The position numbers and the translations under genes are program-made. The notes beneath the pieces are model-generated. The model worked only from the letters and a program-made list of their open reading frames with translations, ran no database searches and was not told the origin of the DNA. A stretch of 62,992 nt of DNA, filler included, from Octopus bimaculoides (lineage: Eukaryota): the NCBI RefSeq assembly GCF_001194135.2. It is 5 parts of 5 records of this genome, joined end to end, with 100 filler letters (N's around TTAATTAATTAA, not from the genome) between each part and the next. Parts side by side here need not be neighbours in the genome. Positions count along the whole stretch, not along the records: positions 1 to 8,405 come from NC_068981.1; positions 8,506 to 19,319 come from NC_068984.1; 3 more parts are not named here. The stretch is one strand, 5' to 3'. Below, piece after piece: positions 1-12,530 of this stretch. Each line of letters begins with the position of its first letter. Position 1 is the stretch's first letter.

Positions 1-26
1 TATATATATATATATATATAATCTAT

Positions 27-65
<39 letters not shown>

Positions 66-627
66 ATGTGTGTATGCTTGTATGCCTGTGTTTGTCCTCC
101 TCACCATCGCTTGATAACCAATGTTGGTGTGTTCACATCCCCGTAACTTACCGGTTCGGCAAAAAGCGTCCGATAGAATAAGTACTAGGCTTACAAAGAA
201 TAACTCCTGGGGCCGGTCAAATGACTGAACAAATGAGACTGAAACAAATAAATGGACAAAAGACTGATTTACCAAATGTATCATTTCCTAACGAGTAGTT
301 TCTTCTCCAGTTGCATTTATAACAGTCTTTGCTTTTCTAGATGACATATTTCCATATCTCCTCGATGCACACGTCTTTTGTCTTCCCAGCAACGTCACAG
401 TGCTTCATTTCAGAGACAGCTTCCCAAAAAGTCAGGACTGAATATTCCCATTGGAACTCTGTCTCCACACACGCTTTGCATGCACGTAATGATCTTCAAA
501 TACTCGAACTCAACATCAGCTTCAGCAAGTGGGGATGACGACCGTAAAAAACGCTATCGCAGCTCTTTATTTTCTATTATCCTTGGGGGCGTGGAGAGGA
601 GGGTTTAGGGTTAGGGTTAGGGTTTGC

Positions 628-758
628 AATTGATACTTAATTTATCGACCCGAAAGGATGGAAAGCGAAGTCGACCTCGGCGGAAATTGAACTCAGAACG
701 TGGCGACGGGCGAAATACCGCTAAGCGTTTCGTCCAGCGCGCTAACGATTCTGCCACC
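628..758 (-). mobile_element. tRNA-derived SINE (dominant family; Meta-domain-like core GAGGTCGACTTTGCCTTTCATCC)
   Basis: Reverse complement of the family consensus seen at 33265-33495. Confidence 0.8.
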
Positions 759-2133
759 TGGATAAGAACTGGGACGAGCTGACGAGCAGGGTAGCCAGTC
801 TCACCCACAAATTGGCTGGGAGGAAGCTATCACTGAAAGGGTCGAGCGGAGGTGGCGAATGGGCACATCGCATCCGTCATCTACTACCGCTTTAACGTCG
901 TGCCTTGGCCTCGATCGCGCATCGCCAAGTTAGAACGTCTCTTCTTCAAATTCCTGTGAAGTAGATGGTGAGGCGGTCCATCCGCTACCAACACCCTCTA
1001 TGTGGAGGGCTGGGCATGCCGTAGCTAATGATGCGCACACAAGCGCTGACGGTTCGGCATCTCCAGATATTCTGCCTAAACGGTGAACAGGTTTTGTTGC
1101 CGTTTGCCAAACATGTTTTTCCACAGCTCATCTCTGTGACTGGTCTGCAGTCCTGGGTCAAGAGAGACCTAGGAAGGGTGACTGGCATCTGGAATGTTGC
1201 CAGGCACTCACTGCCCTCTACCAGGCGGACAATGCGATCAGTGGAACATCCACTTTTGAGTTCTATAGAGGGTTAGTGGAGAGAAAGAGCAATGGCGCTA
1301 GGCGTTGATGAAATCGAACTATACAGTCTGTTCAGGAGGACTTTCGAGCCGGACACAATGGATAACTTCCCGAAATCCCTTGCTTGGCAAAGCTACTGGG
1401 GTGCACTGCCGGTTCGAGACAAACTCTACAGGAACGGAAGTGCTGTCAAACGGACCTGCCCGAGATGTGCGCAGAGCGACGAAACCGTTCTTCACGCACT
1501 CGTCCAGTGTCCTTGCATTACTGACATGTGGAGTTATATTGAACAGCTATTATCTCATGTAGGACGGGTCCGACCATCGGCCGAGTCCATAGTGAAGATC
1601 GATCCGCCACTTTCCATCGGTCCGGAAGGTCAGGCAATTTTCCTCTGTCTGATAGCAGTAGCGAAAGAGGTTGTATGGTGGACCAGGTTGAAAGGACTGA
1701 AGACAGACACTTTTCTCTTAGGTCTATCACTCATCAACTTTTTCAAATTTCATTTGGAAAGGAAGATGATGGTAGAGAGAGAAGTGTTTCCTCCCACTAC
1801 ATTTGCTAAAAGGTGGGTGAATGTAGCGAACATGGCACGTGTGAGTGAACCTACTCTAACAATGCGCCTGTGGGCTAGTTAATTTGAGAGGGAGAAGGAT
1901 GCTCTTTCCAGATGGCCTCGAAACGTCCAGTGGTTCAGGATTGGTGGCTTACCTGAGCCAACTCCAGATGGTTACCTCCCCGCCCTTAGGGAACTTCTAT
2001 TGTTATATTCTTTTGTTGGTTATCATTATTATTCCTTTAATTGTGTATTCGTTGTCTCTGTGTAAAATCCCCACTGTCCATGTCTACTGTATCGTTCCCT
2101 ATATGTCGGCCCTAGTGGCTAATAAATGAAATA
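759..2133 (+). mobile_element. 5'-truncated L1-clade (Tx1-like) LINE: frameshifted ORF2 C-terminal region with zinc-binding (zf-RVT-type) motif and 3' UTR
   Basis: NWDELTSRV..LSLKGR, GGLGMP, and ALPVRDKL..CPRC..ETVLHALVQC (ORF 1292-1882); ends GCCCTAGTGGCTAATAAATGAAATA followed by (TAA)n. Confidence 0.88.
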
Positions 2134-2168
<35 letters not shown>

Positions 2169-2229
2169 AATAATAATAATTATTATTATTATCATTATCA
2201 TTATTATAATAATAATTATTATTATTATT
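2134..2229. repeat. (TAA)n/(TTA)n microsatellite
   Basis: Direct reading. Confidence 0.95.
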
Positions 2230-4014
2230 TAGCTTTTATATAAAATCATACCAATTGTCTTACGTACTTGACGCGTATTCTGTTGTTGCACAAATATTCC
2301 ACAACAAGAGCAATCCAATAATGGGCAAACCAGCAGGTATCTCATCGTTTGAACTTTTCTACGAATATTCATACACACAAAGTAATTATATACGATCCAA
2401 AATGTAACACACTCATACACATTTTTATACATACGCATCCAACTTTCATGTAGACACACTCGGAACACTTTGAGACATGTTTACATACTGAAGAAAAATA
2501 CACACACAAAATTAGAAATAAAATAGCATGCATATACGAACACACATAATCCACTCGCATACGCATTCATATTTTGCATGCAAAAGACATTGCACACAAC
2601 AAGCAAATACACAGATGAACACGCAAACATTCTCAATATAATGCACACATACATAAGCACACACAATGTTTGGTCTTTCAGCAATATGCTATTTTCCGAA
2701 CATATTAAGATCTCCTAGTGCGAAATCGATTATATACGAAAATTATAACCTAATGCATTTAATTTACCTGACCTTGTTATGCATATGTATACAAAACATT
2801 TTAACCAGTGCCAGAAACAGTTTTTTTCTTCTGCAAGGCATAAAATATATACCAGTGTTTTGAATTATTTGTATTAATTTATACCGATGCAAACCATCGC
2901 TGGTTTCCATGGATTCCACTGTTTTGCTATATTGCATGCATTTAGTTTGTTTTATTGAGCGTACACTGTTACTATCAATTTTACTTGAGTCCAATATTTC
3001 CATTCATAGTACGGCTCAATCACATTCAGTGTTGGCCAAACATTCATCATCTCTCTGGCGTTAGTTTACATTCTCATTTATATCCTAGAGATACATATGA
3101 ATACCTCTAGGCGGTGTTAGCGCGATGGCGTTGGTCTAAACAATAACTACAACTACAAAGAATTAAATACTTTAACGTGTTTTGGCAGGGATTCGAGAGG
3201 AAGAAAATTCGTCTACGATGTCTGGCTTGTTTAAAGACCGAGTATTCCATTGGTCTTTGTAAATGGAAGTTTCTTTGTTTCTTTGTTTACTTGTTTCTCT
3301 TTCGATATTTTAATACAAAATGTTCGCGATAGTGACGATAAAACTTGCTTTTATACAGCTATTGATACTGCATTCTACGGAGAAGCATACTTGCAAGATT
3401 CTGAGTGCTAAAAGCCTCTGGATATTTATTCATTCAAATTCACCATCAAGTCATAGATGTGTGGTTCAGAATCTCTCTTTTGAAACCTCGTGGTTTCGGA
3501 TTCAGCCCCGTTGCGCAACACCTTCTGAGTGAATTTGGTGTACAAAAACTGTATGTATATATGTATGTATGTATGTATGTACAGCTTTGTGTGTGTGACT
3601 TTGTGTCTGTATTTGACTCTACTCCGTTCCACAGCTTCCGATGGTTTGTTTACGTCTCTGTAATCTAGCAGTTCGACAAAAACGATAGATAGAATAAGTA
3701 CAAAAACTTAAATAATTATTACAAGGTACACCTCAGTATAGCCGCACGCCAGTGACTGAAACACATAAAAGATAAATAATAATTATTTGGGAATTATAAA
3801 AGTATGCCATTTTGCTAAGAGAATTTAGTGGACCAGAAAAATTTAATGGTTTCAAACTTTGATACAAGGTCAACAATTTTAGGGGAAGGAATACGTCGAT
3901 CTCAACATTCCACTGATACTTATTTTGTCGAACCCCATGGGATGAATGGCAAAGTCAACCTCGGTGGAATGGGAACGCAAAGCGAGGAGAAATGCCGCTC
4001 AGTGGGCGAGTAAA

Positions 4015-5680
4015 TTCTTTTCTACTCTAGGCACAAGGCCTGAAATTTTTGGGGAGACGGCCAGTCGATTAGATCAACCACAGTACACAACTGGTACTTA
4101 ATTTATTGAGCTCGAAAGATGAAAGGCAAAGTCGACCTCGGCGGAATTTGAACTCATAACGTAAAGACAGACGAAATACCGATTTCTTTATTAGGCATAA
4201 AGCCGTAAACATAGATGGGGACACCACAAGGACAGAAAAGACCACAGTGGGGACAACAAACATACATAAAACGAATGTAAATGAAATGAAAGTTATATAA
4301 AAATGAAAAAAACAAATGAAAATGGACACATGGGCCCCACTCCCATGTAGTACCATTTGAACCGTTATATGTATTATTTACAATTGTTCTTTTTTTTCCC
4401 TTTAATTTCATACGTTTTTTTTTTGTCTTTAGTAGAACTTCATTAGTGGTTCGATATCTCTCAAATCCACCAATGGTGGCAACTCTTTAAATTCCACTTC
4501 CACTCCTGGTGAGTCAATGCTATCTCCACACATCTTTTTCAGCTTTCTGTAGTTTTCCTCTTCTTTTTCTGCTTCTCTGGCGGAGAACTCATTCCTCCGC
4601 TCCTCCTTCTTTTCTTTTTAACCATAGTGAATCCCTTCTCCGTTTCTTTTTCTGTTGCCTTGTCCTGTACTACCTGGCCCACACTCTCATCTCTCTCTTC
4701 CTGTTCTGTTTGTGGCCTTTTTTGGGTGCACCATGCCTTCATGTGGCCCCTTTTTCCACATGTGAAACACACTGGCGGCCTGCCCTCCACAGTAACTCAC
4801 ATCTTCTGGCAGCACAATCTCAACCACCACACTATTCAAGTCCTCTGTTGTTGTCTGAATCGTTAATTCGATACCATAACCCCAGTAATCTACCTTCTGA
4901 TTCCTTGTAGCCTTCAGAATCTTCCCGTCTTTCATATATGTTATGGCTGTCATCAGCCATTCTTCTTTCAATTCAGGTGGCACCTTACCCCCTCGCACTT
5001 TGGCCACACGTTTGCCGCGGTACGAAGGTAAGACCACCCATTCCTCTANNNNNNNNNNAATTTCTATCTTTCTCGTGGCTGCCTTCATGGTTTTAAATAT
5101 AACCGTTCTTTTTGTCACGTTGGCCCATAGCTCTTCAGACGGTGTTAGCTTCAAAGTGTTTCCTTCCTTTGTGATTAATTTCTCACTCTCCTTCATCTGT
5201 TTGGCTCCACTTTAATCTCGCGGACCTCCAACTCACGCGCGTCTACTCCTTTGCTCGTTGCAGCCGCATAGCTTGGGCCTGCCTCCGGCGCCTTCTCCAT
5301 TTTCCCACAATAGGAAACACAACAACAATTAACGAATCAACAACGGCAACAATTCAAACAATTCAATTAACAATGGCAACAATTCAATAGATATATCAAC
5401 ATAGACTCACGCAATAACTTCATAGAGACGAAATACCGCTAAGCATTTTGCCCAGCGTCCTAACGTTTCTTACTTCTTTATTGCCCACAAGGGGCCAAAC
5501 ATAGAAGGGACAAACAAGGAGATCGACCCTGGTGCGTAACTGGTACTTAATTTATCGACCACAAAAGCATGAAAGGCAAAGTCGACCTCGGAGGAATTTG
5601 AACGAAGAACGTAACGGCAGACGAACTGCCGCTAAGCATTTCGCCCGGCGTGCTAACGTTTCTGCTAGCTCGCCAACTTA
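4015..5680 (-). mobile_element. Dominant-family SINE split by the ORF1-only element (4015-4181 plus 5426-5470), followed by a second tandem copy (5471-5680)
   Basis: The two halves rejoin seamlessly across the 13-bp TSD. Confidence 0.8.
4182..5425 (-). mobile_element. ORF1-only (HAL1-like) non-autonomous Tx1/L1 derivative no. 1, with 13-bp TSD, inserted into a SINE
   Basis: Degraded ORF1 from the ATG at 5300 (SYAAA motif; knuckle CFTCGKRGHMKAWC), then short UTR and tail; AGACGAAATACCG duplicated at 4169-4181 and 5426-5438. Confidence 0.8.
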
Positions 5681-8129
5681 GTAGATGAGTAAATTAATAA
5701 AATGAATATGGCATTGTTTGATACTTTTACGATACTTTTTAAACGAGATGAACGAATACTGTATTAGCTTTTTCATTTCTATCAGAGATTTAAATGCAAA
5801 TGATATTAATTTTAATTCTAAACTGAGAGGGAAAAAACACAACAGCCTAACTGAAAGAATCCTTATCATTTTAGAATCGTAGCAGGGACGAACGTGTTAC
5901 CACTAACAGAGTGCCTGTAGACCTCTGCTATTGGAGTATAGGAATAACATTCTCCCTTCCGCCATCAGATTTGTATTATAATTGTAGCTGTTAATTTATA
6001 AATTGTTACGACGCTAATTTAATCTGCTAACGTTGACGAAGTGTGATACCTCGCTATGCAAGGCATTAATGGAAACAACTTCGCTGTTCGTGCTCTGTAG
6101 CTCATGAATTATCTATGAAGTGAGATATGTGTGAGCATAACAAACTATAGTTACATATCTGTTATATAAACACTGGTATTGCCTAATTTACATAACAAGT
6201 TACCATACTTTGTCTTTAAAAGGTTTACACCTTTAAATAATAGAATATGATGAATAAGATTAATATTTTCTCGAAGGGAATTATTAATATAAAGTGACTT
6301 CGCACCATTCCCAACGAAAAGTGAAAATAAATCATAAACATCGCCCAGTTATTAATACAAATCTACTAAAATATTTTTCATGCTCCCACTGTGAAATCCA
6401 TAGTCATATTTTCCAACTACCTCTCTCTCTCTCTCGCTCTCACTCGCTTTCTGTCTATCTATCTGTTTTTTGTCTTTATCTACATATATATATATGTACA
6501 TACGTGTTTGTATGCGTGTGTGCGTGCGCGTGTGTGTATTTGTATGTGTGTGCATGTGTGTTGCTTGTGTGTGTGTGTCTGTATTGTATTACATCTTACA
6601 ATTTGGTAGTTTCTTGGGATCAGCCTTTAATGTTATTAATCCACCTTTATTTTACATGTGCAGTATCTCATTCAGAAAAAAAACATAGGCGAATGAATCC
6701 TTTATGTTGTAATGGTTGCTTCATATCATCGAGCGACTACTCTGAAGAAGTCAACCATTTCTCATTGCTGAAGTCAATTCATTTGTGTGTTGAAGCAATT
6801 CTGCATTTCTGAGCCTGTGTTTTCTAGGATGCCCTTCACCCTTTCTGACAGAATTTTGATGAAATACGCAGTTCACAGACGACGTTAAATGTTCTTCTCA
6901 GTGTATGAACTCTCTCAGATACAAGGACAGGACAAACGTCGTCTTTCTCTCTTTCCAAACGTGTCATCCACTCATTCAGCAGCGACTAAAATATCTTGTA
7001 ATCGTCTGGCTAGCTAGCTATCTGTCTATCCGTCTCTCTGTCTCTCCGTCTCTCTGTCTCTCCGTCTCTCTGGCTATCCGTCTCTCTGTCTATCCGTCTC
7101 TCTATCTCCATATATAGTAACGTGCATGTGTGTGTATGTATGTGTGTGTGTGCATGTGTGTGCAGGTGTGTGTCTATGTATGTATCTGTTTGCCTACGTG
7201 CTCTATCGAGTGGTTCTCTGTATACTATACATGAATTCTCAGAGAATATGTAACACATATACACAAACACACACACACACACGCATGCACACAGACACAC
7301 AGAGACACACACACGTACTCAAACGCATGGTATATATTTAAATCTCATTTAATTCTCAGAATTCTTTCTATAAACAGGGATTTCAGTTCTTACAAAAGTT
7401 ACGTTCTTTGCTGGTATTTGGAAAATAAATGCAGTAAAATATTTTACATGTTAAATTTTAGGAAAACAAGCTTCCAAAATTAGCTATTGTGCTTAGAAAG
7501 ATATATATACTTTAATACGAGACTGAACCCAGGACTACAGGGTTCGGAAGTAAACATGTTACCACACAGCAATGTCTGTCCCACCACATGCACACAAACT
7601 CTCGCACATACACACACATATCTTTTATCTTTTTTATCAGTCATTACACTCCGCCATACGGGGGCACCGCCTTGAAGACTTTCTAGTCGCATGTATCAAT
7701 ACCAAAGCCTACGTTTTATGAGGCTAGTACTTATTCCATCCTTCTATTTTTTCGAACAGCGATCTTACGGGAATATAAACAAACTAGCGCCGGTTGTCAA
7801 GCGGTGGTGGGCGACAAACTCAGACACACACACACACACACACATACAGACACCCACACACACATAGACACACATACAGGCACTCACATACAGACGCACA
7901 CACATACAATTTCTATCTATCAAATTCACTCACAAGGTGTCACAACGTGGGGATGAAACCGGAACCATGTGGTTGGGAAGCAAGTTTTTTTTATATAAGA
8001 TGCACATAAATTACAGCTCTAAACTGATGTGGATCAGAATAATTTTAGTTGAAAATATTAAAATATATTTGCAAGTAGAGGTTTACACACAGTAGACTGC
8101 TGGAGAAAGTACTATCATGTACATATTTA

Positions 8130-8215
8130 CATGTTTGTGTATTTCCACACACACACACAACCACTCACACACATACATACACACACACACATACACACAC
8201 ACACACACACAACCA

Positions 8216-8255
<40 letters not shown>

Positions 8256-8282
8256 TATATACATATATATACACAGGCAATA

Positions 8283-8316
<34 letters not shown>

Positions 8317-8405
8317 CATACATATATATATACATACATATATATATACATACATATATATATATATATATATACATACATATATATATATATATATATA
8401 CATAC
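8130..8405. repeat. (CA)n/(TA)n compound microsatellite
   Basis: Direct reading. Confidence 0.95.
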
Positions 8406-8505
8406 NNNNNNNNNNNNNNNNNNNNNNNNNNNNNNNNNNNNNNNNNNNNTTAATTAATTAANNNNNNNNNNNNNNNNNNNNNNNNNNNNNNNNNNNNNNN
8501 NNNNN
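8406..8505. other. Assembly gap linker: 44 N + TTAATTAATTAA + 44 N (same pattern at 19320-19419, 45983-46082 and 61282-61381)
   Basis: Identical 100-nt construct four times; the 12-mer carries stop codons in all six frames. Confidence 0.9.
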
Positions 8506-8973
8506 CTCCCCTGCCTCTCTCTCTCCTCCTCCGCCCTCCCTCCTACTTCCTACCACCCACCTCTCCTCTCCTGCTCCGACTCCTACTTCTCTGTACTTCT
8601 CTTCACTCCTACTTCTCTTCACTCCTACTTCTCTTCACTCCTACTTCTCTTCACCCCTACTCTTTCTCTCTTCTCTCTTCTCTCTTTCTCTCACTCTCTT
8701 CTCTCTTACTCTCTTTCTCTCTCTCTTACTCTCTTCCTCTCTTTCTCCTCGCTTTCTCCCTCCTCCCACACCCACCTTCCCCCTCTTTTATATCCACCTT
8801 CCCCTTCCCTTTCATCGTCACCTCCTCCCCTTCATCGTCAACCCTCCCTCATAAGCTCATCCCACCCCAACACNNNNNNNNNNNNNNNNNNNNNNNNNNN
8901 NNNNNNNNNNNNNNNNNNNNNNNNNNNNNNNNNNNNNNNNNNNNNNNNNNNNNNNNNNNNNNNNNNNNNNNNN

Positions 8974-9010
<37 letters not shown>

Positions 9011-10809
9011 TCGCACACACACAGACACATGTACGCGCATAAGATTGTTTCAACTTTCACGGCCAAAAGCTTTAAAAATCTACTGTTTAACTACTTTAAA
9101 TTTATCGTTGAACTACAACACACACTAAATTGCGTGTAAATATCATAGGCAAGTTCTAGCTTGTGTTTTGATTAAGATAACAATTTGCTACAACTTCTCT
9201 TCATTATTAAAAGATGAGTATTTGTCTTCTCACGAGTGGTTCAATGAAGCGTGAAATATAGCAGAAAAATCTTCTATATTGTTAGTGTACCAAGAGAGTA
9301 ACTAAATGTGTATTCATCTGTTTCAAGTTTAACAACGATGGGCTTAAAAACTGTAGTTTAACTACAAAACCAGATACTTCTAGGTATCTTTGTAGATCTG
9401 GTGTTTCATAATTCACTGCACCTTGGATAATAGGAACAAATGAGAATCTATAATAGAAAGAAATGATAATCAGTTGCCTTGGCTATAAGATCTGTAGGTT
9501 TCTCTTTAGTTCTACATAGATGCGCTCCTTTTCCCTATTTTTAACAAGGCACCCACATCTGCTGGGCTGCTGATATCTACAATAATGCGCCATTTTAACT
9601 CCCTGTCCCACAGATTCATATTCGACCCGTTGTGCTTACACGGGGTTACTGTTTTAATTGGAATGTTCTACCAATATATTTCTGTACGTATGTATGAATG
9701 TATGTATGTATATAAGTATGTATGTATGCATGGATGTATGTATGTATGTATGTATGTATGTATATAAGTATGTATGTATGTATGTATGTATGTACGTATA
9801 TATGTATACGTGCAGATTTGAATGTTTTGTTTTATGCATGTCTTCTCATGCACATACCTGCATATCTAGACATGCTCCTATGTATCTATGTATTTATGTA
9901 TGCATGTANNNNNNNNNNNNNNNNNNNNNNNNNNNNNNNNNNNNNNNNNNNNNNNNNNNNNNNNNNNNNNNNNNNNNNNNNNNNNNNNNNNNNNNNNNNN
10001 NNNNNNNNNNNNNNNNNNNNNNNNNNNNNNNNNNNNNNNNNNNNNNNNNNNNNNNNNNNNNNNNNNNNNNNNNNNNNNNNNNNNNNNNNNNNNNNNNNNN
10101 NNNNNNNNNNNNNNNNNNNNNNNNNNNNNNNNNNNNNNNNNNNNNNNNNNNNNNNNNNNNNNNNNNNNNNNNNNNNNNNNNNNNNNNNNNNNNNNNNNNN
10201 NNNNNNNNNNNNNNNNNNNNNNNNNNNNNNNNNNNNNNNNNNNNNNNNNNNNNNNNNNNNNNNNNNNNNNNNNNNNNNNNNNNNNNNNNNNNNNNNNNNN
10301 NNNNNNNNNNNNNNNNNNNNNNNNNNNNNNNNNNNNNNNNNNNNNNNNNNNNNNNNNNNNNNNNNNNNNNNNNNNNNNNNNNNNNNNNNNNNNNNNNNNN
10401 NNNNNNNNNNNNNNNNNNNNNNNNNNNNNNNNNNNNNNNNNNNNNNNNNNNNNNNNNNNNNNNNNNNNNNNNNNNNNNNNNNNNNNNNNNNNNNNNNNNN
10501 NNNNNNNNNNNNNNNNNNNNNNNNNNNNNNNNNNNNNNNNNNNNNNNNNNNNNNNNNNNNNNNNNNNNNNNNNNNNNNNNNNNNNNNNNNNNNNNNNNNN
10601 NNNNNNNNNNNNNNNNNNNNNNNNNNNNNNNNNNNNNNNNNAAAAAAAAAAAAAAAAAAAAAAAAGAAAAGAAAGAAACAAGCAACTAAAATTACCATGA
10701 ACACAGCTGTAGGAATAAATCAGTAGACTTACACAATTTATTTTATTTTTACTTTTATCTCATGACACTACTACGAAGACCACCACCTACCCGAAAACAC
10801 TACCCCAAC

Positions 10810-10852
10810 ACCACCACCGTTACTACAACTATCGCTGCTACTACCACTACTG

Positions 10853-10898
<46 letters not shown>

Positions 10899-11021
10899 AA
10901 CTACTAAGACCACTACCACCACCACCACTATCACTACCACCTCACCACCACCAATACCACCCCACCTCATCACTACAACTACTTCTACTACTACCATGAC
11001 TACTGGTACTACTACTACTAC
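10810..11021. repeat. (ACT)n/(ACC)n trinucleotide microsatellite
   Basis: Direct reading; explains the poly-Thr and poly-Val ORFs. Confidence 0.95.
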
Positions 11022-11104
11022 AGCGGCAAGTCAACGAGCGAACCTTTACATAATGGTTCGATGTACAAGAAATAGCATCCAAATATCCTCGCTATGAAGC
11101 ACAT

Positions 11105-11146
<42 letters not shown>

Positions 11147-11299
11147 GTCTTTAAAAAAAATGAATATGTTGGATAAGAAAAAATGATGGAATGGTCACAT
11201 CACCTTGAATAACACCTTGCTACTGGACCAAAGTGTTGTTTTGTAACGCCTCACTGACCAGGTGTTAAACAACAACACCAACGATAACAACAATGACTG

Positions 11300-11750
11300 A
11301 CACTATTACCACAGCGACTGCTTTAAACTATGCACAAATAGCAGGCCTCGCTGTATAACTGGTAATCGCTTTTATTAACCCTGCCTTCCGGAAAGAACCA
11401 AATGCTAAATTTACTTTCACCAAAACACACCCTACTTACCACAGTAGAAAGACCCCATCCCTTTTGGTCATGAATGACCATGGGATTGCACCTAGAAAGT
11501 TCCCCTCCGAGGCCCAAGTCCGGGCAAGGTTGTTTATGGAACACCAGCAGTTGCCCATGCATACCAGACTCCCCTCTCCACACCACCAATGTTATCCAAC
11601 GGAAAGGTAGAGGCTGATACAGCTTGGCACCTGTGACGTCGCAACTCATTTTTACAGCTGAGTAAACTGGAGCAACCTGAGTCTTTGCTCAAGAACACAA
11701 CACAGTCTGGTCTGACTCTCTAGCCACTGAGCCATGCGCCTTCAATGTAT
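11300..11750 (-). mobile_element. SINE or non-autonomous LINE derivative (different family)
   Basis: ..TTGCTCCAGTTTACTCAGCTGTAAAAATGAGTTGCGACGTCACAGGTGCC.. resembles a SINE core followed by a LINE-like tail. Confidence 0.45.
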
Positions 11751-11859
11751 CACAAAAGGAAAACGCTATCATTTCTACTGAATCGCTTTAAAGTAGAGGC
11801 CTGATTGGTTAGGGCTGAGCCACAAAGATCACAAACATACAAACCAAATGATTGCTGTT

Positions 11860-12530
11860 CCTAAAATTGGTTTTAAATTTTGGCACAAAGCCAGCACTTT
11901 CGGGAAAGGGCTAAATCGATTTCATCGACCCCCAGTTCTCAACTGGTTCTTATTTTATTGATCTCCGAAAGGATGAAAGGCAAAGTCGACCTTCGCAGAA
12001 TTTGAAATCAGAACATAAAGATGGACGAAACACTGCTGAGCATTTCACCCGGCGTGCTAATGAGTCCGCCAGCTCACCGCTTTATTGCTGTCCATATCAT
12101 TTGTTTCAAATTTTGGCACAAGGCCAGAAAGTTGATTGCATCGACCCTAGTGTTTAAATGATACTTATTTTATCGACTCCGAAAGGATGAAAAGTAAAGT
12201 CGACATTAGCGAAACTTGAACTCAGAATGTAAAGACGGACGAAATGCCCCTAAGTATTTCGCACAGGCGTGCTAACGATTCTGCCAGCTCACCACCTTAT
12301 TGCTGTCCCTAATATTCTTTTCTACCCTAGGTACAAGGCCCGAATTTTTTTTTTTTTTTTTTTGGTGGTGGTGGGGACAGTCGATCAGATCGACCCCAGT
12401 GCGCAAGTGGTACTTAATTTATCGACCCTGAAAGGATGAAAGGCAAAGTCGACCTCGGCAGGATTTGAACCCAGAACGTAAAGACGGACGAAATACCGCT
12501 AAGCATTTCGCCCGGCATCCTGACGTCCCT
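11860..12530 (-). mobile_element. Three tandem head-to-tail copies of the dominant SINE
   Basis: The core GAAAGGATGAAA(G)GCAAAGTCGAC occurs at about 11970, 12182 and 12432. Confidence 0.85.

Noticed and set aside
300-608. Non-repetitive stretch with a good plus-strand acceptor (TTTGCTTTTCTAG at 340) and short ORFs on both strands
   Set aside because: No recognisable protein in any frame, in-frame stops, and no convincing donor; not similar to the KIF9 C-terminus.
2764-3060. Minus-strand peptide MMNVWPTLNVIEPYYEWKYWTQ
   Set aside because: Stop just upstream, weak acceptor, and no family recognised.
8580-8660. About 4 tandem copies of a 16-mer (CACTCCTACTTCTCTT), considered as CRISPR-like
   Set aside because: No spacers; a simple minisatellite in a CT-rich tract of a eukaryote.
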